DNA of 64,000 nt from Azolla caroliniana (taxonomy: Eukaryota; Plantae; Polypodiophyta), in the NCBI GenBank assembly GCA_043228905.1, contig JBHGNT010000011.1, positions 10,106,001 through 10,170,000 of the forward strand, given 5' to 3'. The notes beneath the pieces were generated by a model. That model was not told the DNA's origin and did not search any database. It was given only the letters and a program-made list of their open reading frames with translations. Shown here one piece after another: positions 14,013 through 25,905 of this stretch. Both the position numbers and the translations under genes were made by a program. Positions within the stretch are counted from its first letter, which is position 1, and every line of letters starts with the position of its first letter.

Positions 14013-14560
14013 TTTCTTTTTCCAAAAAAAGGAGCTACTTTCCCATTAGTTTGGAGATTTTTACAAATAGATTATACCAACAATCGGGGAATCATCCCCC
14101 GACTGAGTTCAAGAATATGAGACTGCGTAGATATCCTCCCTTACTTTCTACTTAATGTAAGTAGATATCTAGTGCTATGAACTAGTGGCAATCATCACCG
14201 GCCAACACGAGCCCGATCCTCTATCCTTCAATGAAGGGAGGGTGGGAGGTGAGTAGGAAACTGGGAGCTGGTAGTTCCACCTCGGGCCATTTCCTCCTTG
14301 CGTCACCATCAACGTGTTCATTTCTGCAAAAAGTGTAAGCGGGCAGGAACCATGTCACCGAAGTGCTGCAAACCTCGTCCAACTGCCCTCGTAGGCCGTT
14401 GATAATCACAAACGAAATATCCATGATTAGTTCCTCCGGGGGGGCGTACTAGATCTTGGAAGACCTTTAGGCAACGTGCTTTCCACACATACCAAAGGTT
14501 GAAGCCTACGATCAACATCCAAATCTCTTGGAAACGAGGGGATGCGATCTTCAAGCCTCT
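14013..14560 (-). mobile_element. 5'-truncated L1-like LINE (3' end only) with 17-bp target-site duplication
   Basis: TTAACATGTTGGGACTA occurs at 13996-14012 and 14561-14577. The minus strand encodes LWYVWKARCLKVF, the WxxWKxRxxxxF motif of plant L1 ORF2 C-termini. A-rich 3' tail at 14013-14021. Confidence 0.8.
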
Positions 14561-14980
14561 TTAACATGTTGGGACTAATAATATTTCTGATTGTGAAATC
14601 ATAATAATGCCATAAAGAATACATTGCACCATAGAAGACAACTAAATCATATCATTTTGATAACAAGGAATTACAATTTACATTGGAATGAATTGGAGCG
14701 ATGAGCATAGAGTTTCTAGGAAAGAGAATGTCTATCTTTGAAACAAATGTTGTAATAATTGTTTCAATAGGACAAAAATAAATTCTGAAGGAAGCAAGGT
14801 GATATCATGATTCATAACCAATAAGAACCTACTTGTGGTGGCGTCAGGTGGCAGGCTAGTTAGTGTCATATTGACTTTATGATCGCAGTGTGAAAGGAAT
14901 GACAAAGTGAATGCGATACAAAACTAAGCAAACAAAATGTGGTTAATGCTAATCATGCACTTCTTATACTTAACCACTTT

Positions 14981-15409
14981 TGTTGAGATATCAAGCTCAG
15001 CTGGGTTTAGTTATTTAGTCAACCATGTAACTTAGTAGTTACATAATTAGAATCTAGTTAGAAGTGTTGACCTTAAAACCTTAAATAGGATTTTGTACTT
15101 AGTGGGGATGCATTCTAGATCCTCCACTACCAAGTTCATTAAACATAAGACTTACATCTTTGTACCTATATTCTCCTCCCATGATTGCACACTTGCACAT
15201 GAGATGTATATATACCTAATTGTGGGTATCTTTGTTTTTTGATGCTTATTAATATAGAGAAAGGTATTTAGCTACACTCTTGTTAATCATCCCCCGTTTA
15301 TCTCATTGTTCATAAGTGTAACTTCCTCATTCTCTTTCTCTCACACACATACACACACATATTACATAATCTTCCGCAGCTTAATCACATATGTGATTAA
15401 CTTCTCACA
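14981..15409 (+). mobile_element. Possible old copia solo LTR
   Basis: Starts TGTTGAGATATCAAGCTCA like the copia LTRs in this window, carries the CTTCCGCA motif seen near their 3' ends, and ends in CA. No matching TSD found. Confidence 0.35.
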
Positions 15410-16039
15410 TAATTAGATACTAATTAACCCTTAGTTAATGACCTAATTATTACTTTTTAAAAAATGAGGAGATGGTGCTCAAACTCATACACCAATTCGA
15501 AATGATGAAAGATGCCTAAAATGATCTTGATATTAACAATTCTTATAGCTTAATATATGTCCTTGTATCTTGTAGATTTATCCTCCTCCTAGACTTTTGT
15601 TAATTGTCTTACTAACATTGGCCACAAAATGAACTATGACAATGTTTGTAGTTTTGACAATGCAAATATCCAAATTTGTGGATAAGATACAATCCATGCT
15701 TTTCAAAATTGCACTCTACATGTATTAATAGTTAACAACAAACGTGTTGAAATTGTGATGTCTTTCAATATTTGTACTAGAGGCTACTTCTTACAAGGGT
15801 GTTTGTCTTGAGAACCACCTCAAGATTGGTATGTAGGAACGTACCATTGTACACCCATTTGTTGGTGAGACGGGTGAGAGCGAATTACCCATGGATTGAC
15901 TACTAAAAAAGCTATAAACGCAATCATGCTTAAAAGGCAAGACTTTATACTTAATTAGGAAGTGATGTTACCATGTTCCCATGCACTTGATAGAAGAGTG
16001 AAGGACGCATGAAGTCACCAACATGCTATCAGATGTTAC

Positions 16040-16370
16040 CAATGTAAGACAATGATTAGAGAATTCAGAGTGCTCTTTTTCTTCCCTGCCAACAACATAT
16101 CATCTACATACAATACGAGAATAGTTGATTTGCCAGCTTCATCCTTTTTAGTGTATAAACAATGGTGTGCATGGCTTCGTTTAAACCCATGTTTGAGCAT
16201 AAATGCATCAAACTTCTTATACCATTGTATGGGGGCTTGTTTCAACCCATATAAGCTTCTTTTCAACGTGCATACCAGATGCTCTTTTCAGTGGCATATC
16301 CTTATGGTTGTTTCATGTACAACTCTTTGTCTAAATCACCATGCAAAAGGGATGTTTTAACATCCACTTG
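16040..16370 (-). pseudogene. Isolated Ty1/copia reverse transcriptase fragment (different family from E1-E3)
   Basis: KRSLYGLKQAP..WY and ILVLYVDDMLLAG motifs in ORF 16036-16266. Confidence 0.85.
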
Positions 16371-16649
16371 GAATTATTCCAAATCCAAGTGGTTATGATG
16401 TTACTGTATGAGATGTACGGAGAGTTTAGTGTAACGGGGGTGAAAGAGTAAAGAGTTGATGTGTATTTGTAAATGTGTACATATGTGTAATTGTGAATGT
16501 GAGTCGATACATATGTGAACACATGCACACGTGTGTGCATGTGGACAAATACGAGGAGGTGTGAGTGAATGATTAGCGTGAATGGACAAGGGGGCTTGCA
16601 CCCCTGTGTATCTACCCTATTATAACTATTTAACCCCTTATGGGGAATG

Positions 16650-19228
16650 ACGCCACCGAACTCACTATTGAGTGAGTCGACTCATCGTCGTCGAAGCGAT
16701 CATCTTTGTATTCCGACATTTTTGCCTTGCCTTTGTCCATCTTTGGGCTAGGCCGTGATGTGCTTTGATCGCTCAAAGGCTCTTGTGGTCCGCTCAATCG
16801 GGTCGTGATCAGACTTTCTTCGAACATGCGTGTAAGGCGATCTTCATCCTCTATCTCTTGTTCGGCGGATTCCGGGTCGAGCGGAGTTGGAGTTGGAGTT
16901 GTCTTTGGTGCGTACCAGGATGCGGACTTGTCAAAAACGACGTCTCGACTTACTCGAGATTTTCGAGTTGAAGGGTTGTAGCACTTGTACCCCTTTTGCT
17001 CTAGTGAGTATCCTACGAGGATACACTACTCTGACTTCGGGTCAAGCTTTTGACGCTTCTCGTCGGGGATGTGCACGTACGCTATCGCGCCGAATATCCG
17101 GGTGTGCGATAAGTCCGGCTTCTTTCCGAAGTATTTTTCGTGCGGAGTGACCTCGTGCACGCCGGATGTTGTGCATCGGTTCATTAGGTAGACGATCGTA
17201 TTTGCAGCTTCGGCCCAATATGACTTGGGCATATGCTTCTCGTTCATCATGGCCCGCGCTACTTCGAGGATGAGCTGATTTTTACGCTCGGCTACTCCGT
17301 TTTGTTGCGGAGTGTGTCGGCAAGTGAATTCTCGCCGAATTCCTTCCTTTCGGAGATACGCCGTGAAATCGTCTGAGAAGTACTCCTTGCCGCCATCCGA
17401 TCGAAGACAACATACATGTCGGCCCGTGGCTTTCTCGACTTCATTCTTGAATGTTTGGAAGTGTTCGAACACTTCGCTCTTTTGCCGCATCAGGTAGATC
17501 CAAGTGTGCCTGGAGAAGTCGTCGATGAAGAGCACGTAATATCGACATTCGCCGAATGTAGCCGTCTGCACCGGTCCCCATACGTCAGAATGGACTACGT
17601 TGAGTAGACCTTTGCTCACGTTCCGCTCTTTCGGGAATGGGTGTCGGTGTTGCTTGCCGAATTGGCACGCTTCGCATACACCTTCAATATCCTTCTCTTT
17701 GAATGTCGGGAGTCTGATGACGACTGCTTTCGATTTCATTGCTTTGAGTTTGTTGAGATTGATGTGGCCGATTCGCTTGTGCCACAACTCTATGTTAGAG
17801 TCGGCTTTCATGCCCTTTGTGAACATGGCCGATTTCATCTCGTGTGAGTTGAGAATGAACATTCGGCCCTCTCTTCGTCCGCGTGCAATGAGTCGGCGCT
17901 CTTTATCAATGAAGCAATTGCCTTGATTAAAGCGAACTTGCATCCCTTGCTCTACAATTTGGCCGACGGAGACCAAATTCTTTGTAATGGTTGGTACATG
18001 CAAGACATTTTTAATGTAATTTTGCTTACCTTCTTTTCCGAACGGAACATTGCCGATGTGCCGAATCGGGTGCGTAGTGTCGTCTCCGGTTTTGACATAG
18101 CCGGGTCGGTCCGGCTCTCGAAGTTCTCGGAACCATTCTTGATGTGATGTTATATGGTTCGAGGCACCGGAATCGACGAACCATACGTCTTCCGGACCGG
18201 AGGCACTAGTTGAGGTAGAGGCCGACATAGAGTTTGTTCTATGTTTCATCATGAACATTCCGCCACGGTCGGAGTTGTGTGCATACATTCCGCCACAATC
18301 TTCGTAGTCAGAGTTGTGCCCGTACATTCCGCCACGGTCAGAGTTCTGTGCATACATTCCGCCATGATCTTCGTAGTCGGAGTTGTGCACGTAATTCGTG
18401 AGTTGTTGGCTTGTGGAAGTCGTTTCACGCATCTTCTTTTGGCACTCTTCTTCGTGGTGGCCGAGCTTTCCGCAATATCCACATTCGGTTGCGTTTTGAC
18501 GGCTCAGGCCGGAGTGGAAGCTCCCCCTTCTTGTGAAGGTTCCTCGTTGGCTTCCGTTTTGCGGCCAAAATTGGGAGTTGTTATCGTAGGTCGGACCTCG
18601 TCCGCCTTGTCCTTGGCCGAATCGGCCTCTCGCTAGTCCGTGTCCTCTTCCTCCGTTCGAGTGTGTGTAGAGCTTGTGGTTTTCTTCGACCAATAGCATA
18701 GATAGAGCTCGAAGAAGGAGGGAGATTTCTCCCTTGCTAGAACGGCGGTTCGCATTGCGCTGAACCGTGGTGCGAGGCCGCCGAGGCATATTTGCACCAT
18801 CTCATCATCATCTATACTTACGCTTATCGAGCCGAGCGAGTCGCAAAGCTCCTTGATCTTCAAGGTGTATGTCATGATGGACATGTCCCTTTGTTGAATG
18901 TTGTTCAACTCTTGGCGGAGTTGAATTCTTCTTGCGGTTGTGTTCGGGCGAAAATCTTTCGTAGATTTTCCCATGCCTCCTTCGGCGCCTTGGCTTCGCG
19001 AATGTAGCCGAGCATGTGACCGTGAACACATATCGCCAAGCAATACTTCACGCGGCTTGCGGCTTGCTCCCATGTCGCGTATCCGGGAGTCGCTTCGGCG
19101 GGTCGGTCTTCGTGCTCTCCTTTGATGTAGCTCCAATAGCCTTGTCCGACAAGGTATTGGTGCATCTTGTACTCCCAAGATGCAAAGTTGTTTCGATCCA
19201 ACTTCTCGGTAGGGAGAGCGCTCCCCAT
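16650..19228 (-). pseudogene. Copia E1 gag-protease-integrase, frameshifted
   Basis: CCHC knuckle CGYCGKLGHHEEEC, protease WFVDSGASNH, HHCC (LWHKRIGH...CEAC), DDE core (VHSDVWGP, LRSDGGKEY, QQNGVAERKN); gag split over three frames. Confidence 0.92.
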
Positions 19229-19793
19229 TTGAGTATTTATTGTGTTGATTCTTCTTCTTCTTCTTCTCTCTTCGAATGCGAGCTATGTAGCGAAACTACG
19301 ATAGCGATGAGCTGGTTCTTGGTCGTCGGCGTAGAGCACAACACACGATCACGATGAGGCGAATGGGCTATAGATCAAGCTACGAAATTGCTATGATACC
19401 ATGTAAAGAATCGGGTATGATTCTTGTGTAGCGGAATAGGTGTGAACTGTGTGTCTGTATGAGAGAGAGAGAGAGAGAGTGAGAGAGACAAGGAGTAAGA
19501 CACAGAGTATACGCAAGGTAGATTATATTAACAAAGGAGAAAGACTCAACTTAATACAAGGTGAGAGGAGGGTGCTTTATATAGTCACCCTCTCTCTTCA
19601 TTAACTACAAGACTCATGGAGCATGGGAAATGTGAAAGCTCATAAGTTATGTGTCATAGAATATGATTCTATGACTCATACTAAATGCTAGAATACAAAG
19701 TGGTGACATAATGGTGACTCTTGACCGTTGGAGTGTCTCTTCACTCTCAAGGTGAGTTCACACACTAGACCAAGTTGAGCTTGATTCTCAACA
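16650..19793 (-). mobile_element. Copia E1, 3'-truncated (5' LTR, PBS, gag, protease, integrase; no RT or 3' LTR)
   Basis: LTR 19402-19793 (TGTTGAGA...TACA on minus); PBS TGGTATCATAGC at 19390-19401 (tRNA-iMet type); gag starts MGSALPTEKLDR at 19228; homology stops near 16650. Confidence 0.9.
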
Positions 19794-20347
19794 ATATTGC
19801 TTATTTCAAATCCAAAGAGGAAGTTATTGTCTTTGGTGACATGAATGCTCGCACAAGAATCTTTCATGCCACATATCTCAAGGATGCAAGAGGATATGCA
19901 AATGTATAATCGATCTTCTAGCAATCAAAAAGATCCGGACCAATTTGGGAAACTACTCCTACAAATGTGCAATAGTACCGGATTGCTTATTGCAAATGGT
20001 GTTTCCTTATGGCCCAATACTAACAGCTTTATATGTAGAAAACACAATGGAAATAGTGTGATTGACTATGTGCTACTTTCCGAAGGTATTTCGGATCGTA
20101 TACATAAATTCTCACTGGGGGAATGGACACCGGAATCCGATCATAGGAATTTATGTATTGATCTCAAATGTATGCATAGGTTTGATTGCGAGAAGGTCAT
20201 TGAAGATTATAAACAAACACACTTGAGCATGAATCTTAAGCGAGCGCCCATGTATTCCAAGATGGTTGAGGATATGTTACAAATGACAAAGACACAACAT
20301 GGTGCCACACTAGAATGCAAATGGGAAGCTTTTAAGAATGTCATTCT

Positions 20348-23300
20348 TGTTGAGAGACAAGCTCAACATTTGTGCGTAATACGATGCGTAACCAGTGCGT
20401 AGACTGGGTGCATGAAACTGGTATGCAGACCGGTGCGTAGAAAGGCCGTATCGGTGCGTAGACCGAAAGGCTGTTAGAAAGATATTCCTCGTAAGGAATA
20501 GTTTTGGGAGTAAGTGTCGAGGCTCATTTATGAGCAGTCAAGTACTGTCAGTACTTGTGTCAACCATTGTCAGGGCTTGTATAAAAGTGCTCATTGAGCA
20601 CATCCTATGTACAAACAGAGTATTATTTTCGAATTTAACTTCTTGTGTTACTCTCTCTCTGTCTCTCCTGTGCGTATTGTGAAAACCTAAGCTTTCCATT
20701 AAACCTGCGTTTTCTGTTGTTCGGTTTTCCTATATTGCTTCTGCACGCCATTCTTTTCATGGTATCAGAGCGCGAGGGTTGAGAACCTCTGCAGCTGACT
20801 TTGCTTGAAGGAAAAACCAATGAAGAGAAACAAGAAAAACGATGGACAGAGGAATGGCTAGCTCGCTTCCAACGGAGAAGCTCGACAGAACCAACTACGC
20901 ATCTTGGTCCTACAAGATGCACCAGTACCTGCTCAGACACGGTTACTGGAGCTATGTCAATGGAGCAAATGACACAACACCCGATTCGACACACAAAGAC
21001 TTCTCGGCGTGGGAACAATCGGCGAGCAGAGTGCTATACTGCTTTGCGTCTTGTGTGGGTGAACAACTGCTAAGCTATGTTCGGGATGCAAAAACGCCGA
21101 AGGGTGCATGGGAAAATCTAAAGAAGATTTTCACCGCGAGCACCACAACCAGGAAGCTTCAACTTCGACAGGAGTTGAGCAACCTACGACAACGCGATTT
21201 GTTGGTGGCTGACTATACCTCGAAGATTAAGGACATATGCGACTCCTTAGCTTCTATCGATGTGAACATCGAGGAAAGCGAGATGGTCCAGGTCTGTCTC
21301 GGGGGTTTGGCGTCAAAGTTCGGGGCGTTCTGAACTGCAGTGTGTACTCGGGAGAATACGCCGTCCTTTTTCGACTTACAGTCGATGCTCCTGGTAGAGG
21401 AGAACCACGCGGGTGCGTCGACGAGCATGCACACCGACAACAAGATGTTGTACATGGAGGGAGAAAGGCTCCGTGGTCGTGGCGGACGAGGCGAGTCGGT
21501 ACGCAATGGAGGCGGCCGACGGGATCAAGGAAGAACGCACCGAAGTGATGCCGACAGCAATTCCGGACCCTCCGGAAACAGGGGGAGTCGAGGCGACGAG
21601 AACCAGAAAGGGAAATCCGCCACAGAATGCTGGTACTGTGGCAAGAAAGGCCACAGGGAGTGCGAGTGCTGGAAGAAGCGCGCCAAGTCGGAGAGGTCTG
21701 GTTCTGGACATACCGACAAAGGAAATCGACAACGATCGCACTACGCCGAAGGATCTGGAAAAGCCGGAAAAGGCTCAGTCTTCATGACGAGACACGAAGC
21801 AAACTCAATGAAACAGTCCGCCCCGAAATCAGACGAGGTGTGGTATGTCGACTCCGGCGTGTCAAACCACATGACGTGCCACAAGGAGTGGTTCTCATAC
21901 CTTGGGAAACCGACGCAACCAGGAGTAGTCGCAACTGGAGACGACACTCCGCATCCGATCGCGAATGTCAGTGAAGTTCCCTTGAGCCATGTCGGGCAGA
22001 AAGGGAAACTTATGAACGTGTTACACGTCCCGACCATCATGAAGAATCTGGTGTCGGTCGGGCAGATCGTCGACCAGGGGATGCAGGTTCGGTTTACGCA
22101 TCTTGGGTGCTTCATTGAGGAAGAAGGCCGTATTATTGCGCAAGGGCACAGAGATGGGAGGATGTTTATCCTCGATTCTACTGACGGTGGCACCGCAATG
22201 TTCGCGAAGGGACAAAAAGTCGAGTCGGACATTGACTTATGGCACAAACGGATAGGCCACGTCAACTATCAGTGGCTTCAAGACCTGCAATCGAAACAAG
22301 TGGTGTTTGGATTGCCCAAATTTAGTGGCCGGAAGGTACAAATTTGTGAAGCCTGCCAGCTTGGGAAGCAACACCAACTTCCTTTCCCAAACGAGCGTAA
22401 CCAGAGCCGGAACAAGCTAGACTTGATACACTCTGATGTGTGGGGGCCGGCACAAAACGTTAGTCTTGGCGGGAGCCGATATTTTGTCTCCTTCATCGAC
22501 GACTACACGCGGCACACGTGGATCTACCTCATTGAGAGGAAAAGCGAAGTCTTCGACTGTTTCCGGGACCTCAAAGGGTTCGTGGAAACGGAAACAGGAA
22601 GAAAGATCAAGTGCCTGCGGTCGGATGGCGGAAAAGAATACTTTTCCGGTCAATTCAACGATTATCTACAACAGATGGGAATTCGGCGCGAATTCAGTTG
22701 TAGATACACGCCGGAGCAAAACGGCGTGGCCGAGAGAAAAAATCGGTCAGTTGTGGAAGCTGCACGCGCAATGCTGGAGGAGAAGAGCTTGCCCAAGTTC
22801 TATTGGGCTGAGGCGGTAAGAACCGCGGTATACATCCAGAACCGGATCGGAGAAAAAGTGTCGGCGCACGAGCTATACTTTGGAACAAAGCCGAACTTGC
22901 GACACTTACGAGTTTTCAGTAGCATTGCGTATGTACATGTGCCGAAGGAGAAAAGGAGGAAGTTGGATGCAAAAGCTGAGAAGTGTATCTTGGTCAGCTA
23001 TTCGAACGAGCAGAAGGGTTATAAGTGCTATAACCCGCGCACCAAACAACCGCACGTGAGCCGCGACGTTGTGTTTGATGAGTCCGCGTCCTGGTACTTG
23101 CCTCCGACTTCGGACCTCACCTCCAATCCGAGTTCTGACGATGAGGACAACGAGGCCGAGATGCCTCCGGCTGAGCCTGAAATCGGGACCCACGAAGAGA
23201 GTCCGATTTCGTTTCGGTTAAGTGGACCATATGGACGATTGAGTCGATACGACCAGTCCGATGAAGAGCCGGCGAGTAGTGGAGACTCGGCCGTGCATTT

Positions 23301-25905
23301 CCCGCGTAGGAAGCCGAGGAGACGGCTTACACGCGAAGAGAAAGGGAAGAAGAAGGTGTCGGATTCTGGCACGGATAGGAATGAGTCAGACCAACGCGAG
23401 TCTGACTTCGAGGGAAGCGGTGACGGGCCTTCAGGAACGAAGTCCGCGTCGGCCGAGAAGACCTCGACATCGGCTAATGACCGATTATGACGATCTACCC
23501 GCCAAAAGAACCCAGTTGTGCGGTTCGGATACAATGAGTACATGGCACATCACTATGCGTACATGACCCGTGTAGTGGAAATGCGTGAGCCAGAGAGCTA
23601 CGCAGAAGCGGCGAAGGACGCGAATTGGCGCGTCGCGATGGAGGAAGAGATGCACGCATTGGCGGAAAACGAGACCTGGGACCTGGTTGACGCACCGACG
23701 GGTGTGAAGCCGATCGGATGTAGGTGGGTGTACAAGGTCAAGTACAACACCGATGGCTTGGTCAACCGATACAAGGCCCGGTTAGTGGCAAAAGGCTACG
23801 TGCAGAAACACGGCATCGACTACGATGAGACGTTTGCACCGGTCGCAAAGATGATGACAGTCCGTGTTTTGCTTGCAGTAGCCGTGGCCAAGGGGTGGCA
23901 CCTACATCAGATGGATGTAAAGAATCCATTCCTACAAGGTGAGCTTGAGGACCAAGTGTACATGGTACAACCCCCCGGATTTCACTCCGGACCGAACACG
24001 TCGGCAGTATGCCGATTGAAGAAGTCCCTTTATGGACTGAAGCAAGCCCCGTGTGCCTGGAATGCGAAAATCACGCATCGACTGCATCGGATGGGCTTTG
24101 CGCCGCCAAAATCGGACTCCTCATTGTTCATTCGGAAAGGTCAACTTGGGCTAGTCAATATTTTACTCTATGTTGATGACTTGGTCATCACCGGCGCCGA
24201 CCTAGGTGAGATCAACTGCGTGAACCTCCAGCTTGTGGCATCATTCGACATGAAGGATCTTGGGGACCTTCATTACTTCCTCGGGATCGAAGTGATCCGC
24301 ACCCCCGAAGGCATACTAATCAGCCAACGTCATTACGCACTGAATATGCTCTTCAAATTCGGGATGGCAGACTGTAAGTCCGTCTCGACTCCTCTGGATA
24401 GAACTGTCAAGCTTCGCCCCAATTCCGGCAAGGTTTGCGATCCGACAAGGTTCCGACAAGTTGTCAGAAGCCTTATCTACTTGACAATCACCCGACCCGA
24501 TCTCAGTTATCCGGTCAGGGTGATCAGTCAGTTCATGGCGCGACCTACCGAGGAGCACCTTCAGTGTGCACAACGCGTACTGCGGTACGTAAGCGGCACT
24601 AAGGACCGTGGACTGCTATATCGGACTGATACAGCCCCGCAGTTGGTTGGCTACACCAATGCCGACTGGGCCGGCAATGTCGCCAATCGACGATCCACAT
24701 CCGGATATGCGTTCTCTCTTGGGAGTGCCGCGATAGCGTGGAGTAGCAAGAAGCAGCCGACAGTTGCACAACGACGATCTACTGTGACAACCTCAGCAGC
24801 ATCCAACTCACGAAGAACCCCGTTTTCCACGCACGGACCAAGCACATTGAGGTGCACTACCATTTCGTCCGTGAGCGTGTCCTTTCTGGTGAAGTCGAAC
24901 TTCAGTACGTGCCGACGGATCGGCAGACTGCCGACATCTTCACAAAGCCTCTTGGTCTGGACAAGTTGCGGCAATTCTCAGGTGCGCTCGGGTTGCGTCA
25001 CCTCGACGAGGGGGAGAACAGTTCCGAACGACCAAGCAAGGCAGCAGGATAGGAGCGGATACCGTGACACCGAGTCGGTTGTCGAGTTCGACTTCGGATT
25101 GACTGAAGAAGCCGAGGGCGGACCCGCGGAAAAGTCCGTAAGTGGACAGAAGGGGAGCAGCCGAAGGAGAGAGCCGAAGCCAACCACGCATGGGGGAGAT
25201 GACGCCATCAAGGGCGAGAAGACCGAAGACGAGTTGGAGACAGCCAACTCGGACGAGAGCGAAAACCGATCGGAGGTAGCCGAGTCGGTTCGGATGTTTG
25301 ATTCAGACACGTTGAATCAACCGAGGCCCAAGCGGAAGAAAAGGCAGCAGAAGAAGTGTTGACACCGCAACAACAGAAGAGCTGATAAGGGCCACATGAG
25401 CAGACAAGCCGACCGGAAGGGTCGAAGCGCGCGGAGTCGAACAGGTCGAGGAGCGCGAGCGAGGCGTGAAGCCATGAGGAACCGGAGCTGTGAAGATCCC
25501 GAAGAGCCTCAAGTTGAGCTTGAGGGGGAGTGTTGAGAGACAAGGTCAACATCGGCCGGATCGGCTGAAGAAGCCGAGGACCGGATCGGTTGGGACCGAT
25601 CGGTTAGGCCGTTAGGAAAGATATTCCGTGAGGAATATATTTGGGAGTTAGTGTAGGAGCTCTTAATGAGCATTGAAGTACTGTCAGTACTTCGGTCAGT
25701 CCTTCTAGGACTTGTACAAAGTGTTCATTGAACACATATATGTATTGTTTTTTGTTTTTCTTGAATATATCTTTTTTTTGGTGTCTTCTCTCTCACTCTC
25801 TCGGTCTCTCCCGCGTATACTGCGTAAGCTCAAGCTCTCCATTAAACCCGAGTGTTCTTCCTTCTTTATTGTCTTCATACTTGCTTCCGCACGCTACTTT
25901 CTTCA
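20348..25905 (+). mobile_element. Copia E2, full-length layout but discordant LTRs
   Basis: 5' LTR 20348-20759, PBS TGGTATCAGAGC 20760-20771, PPT TGAGGGGGAG 25521-25530, 3' LTR 25531-25905. Flanks ATTCT and TCTCT do not match. Confidence 0.92.
20854..25530 (+). pseudogene. Copia E2 gag-PR-IN-RT-RH polyprotein
   Basis: CWYCGKKGHRECEC, WYVDSG, IHSDVWGP, SLYGLKQAP, LLYVDD and ADIFTKPL motifs; in-frame stops at 21331 and 23488; a deletion in RNase H near 24770. Confidence 0.93.
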
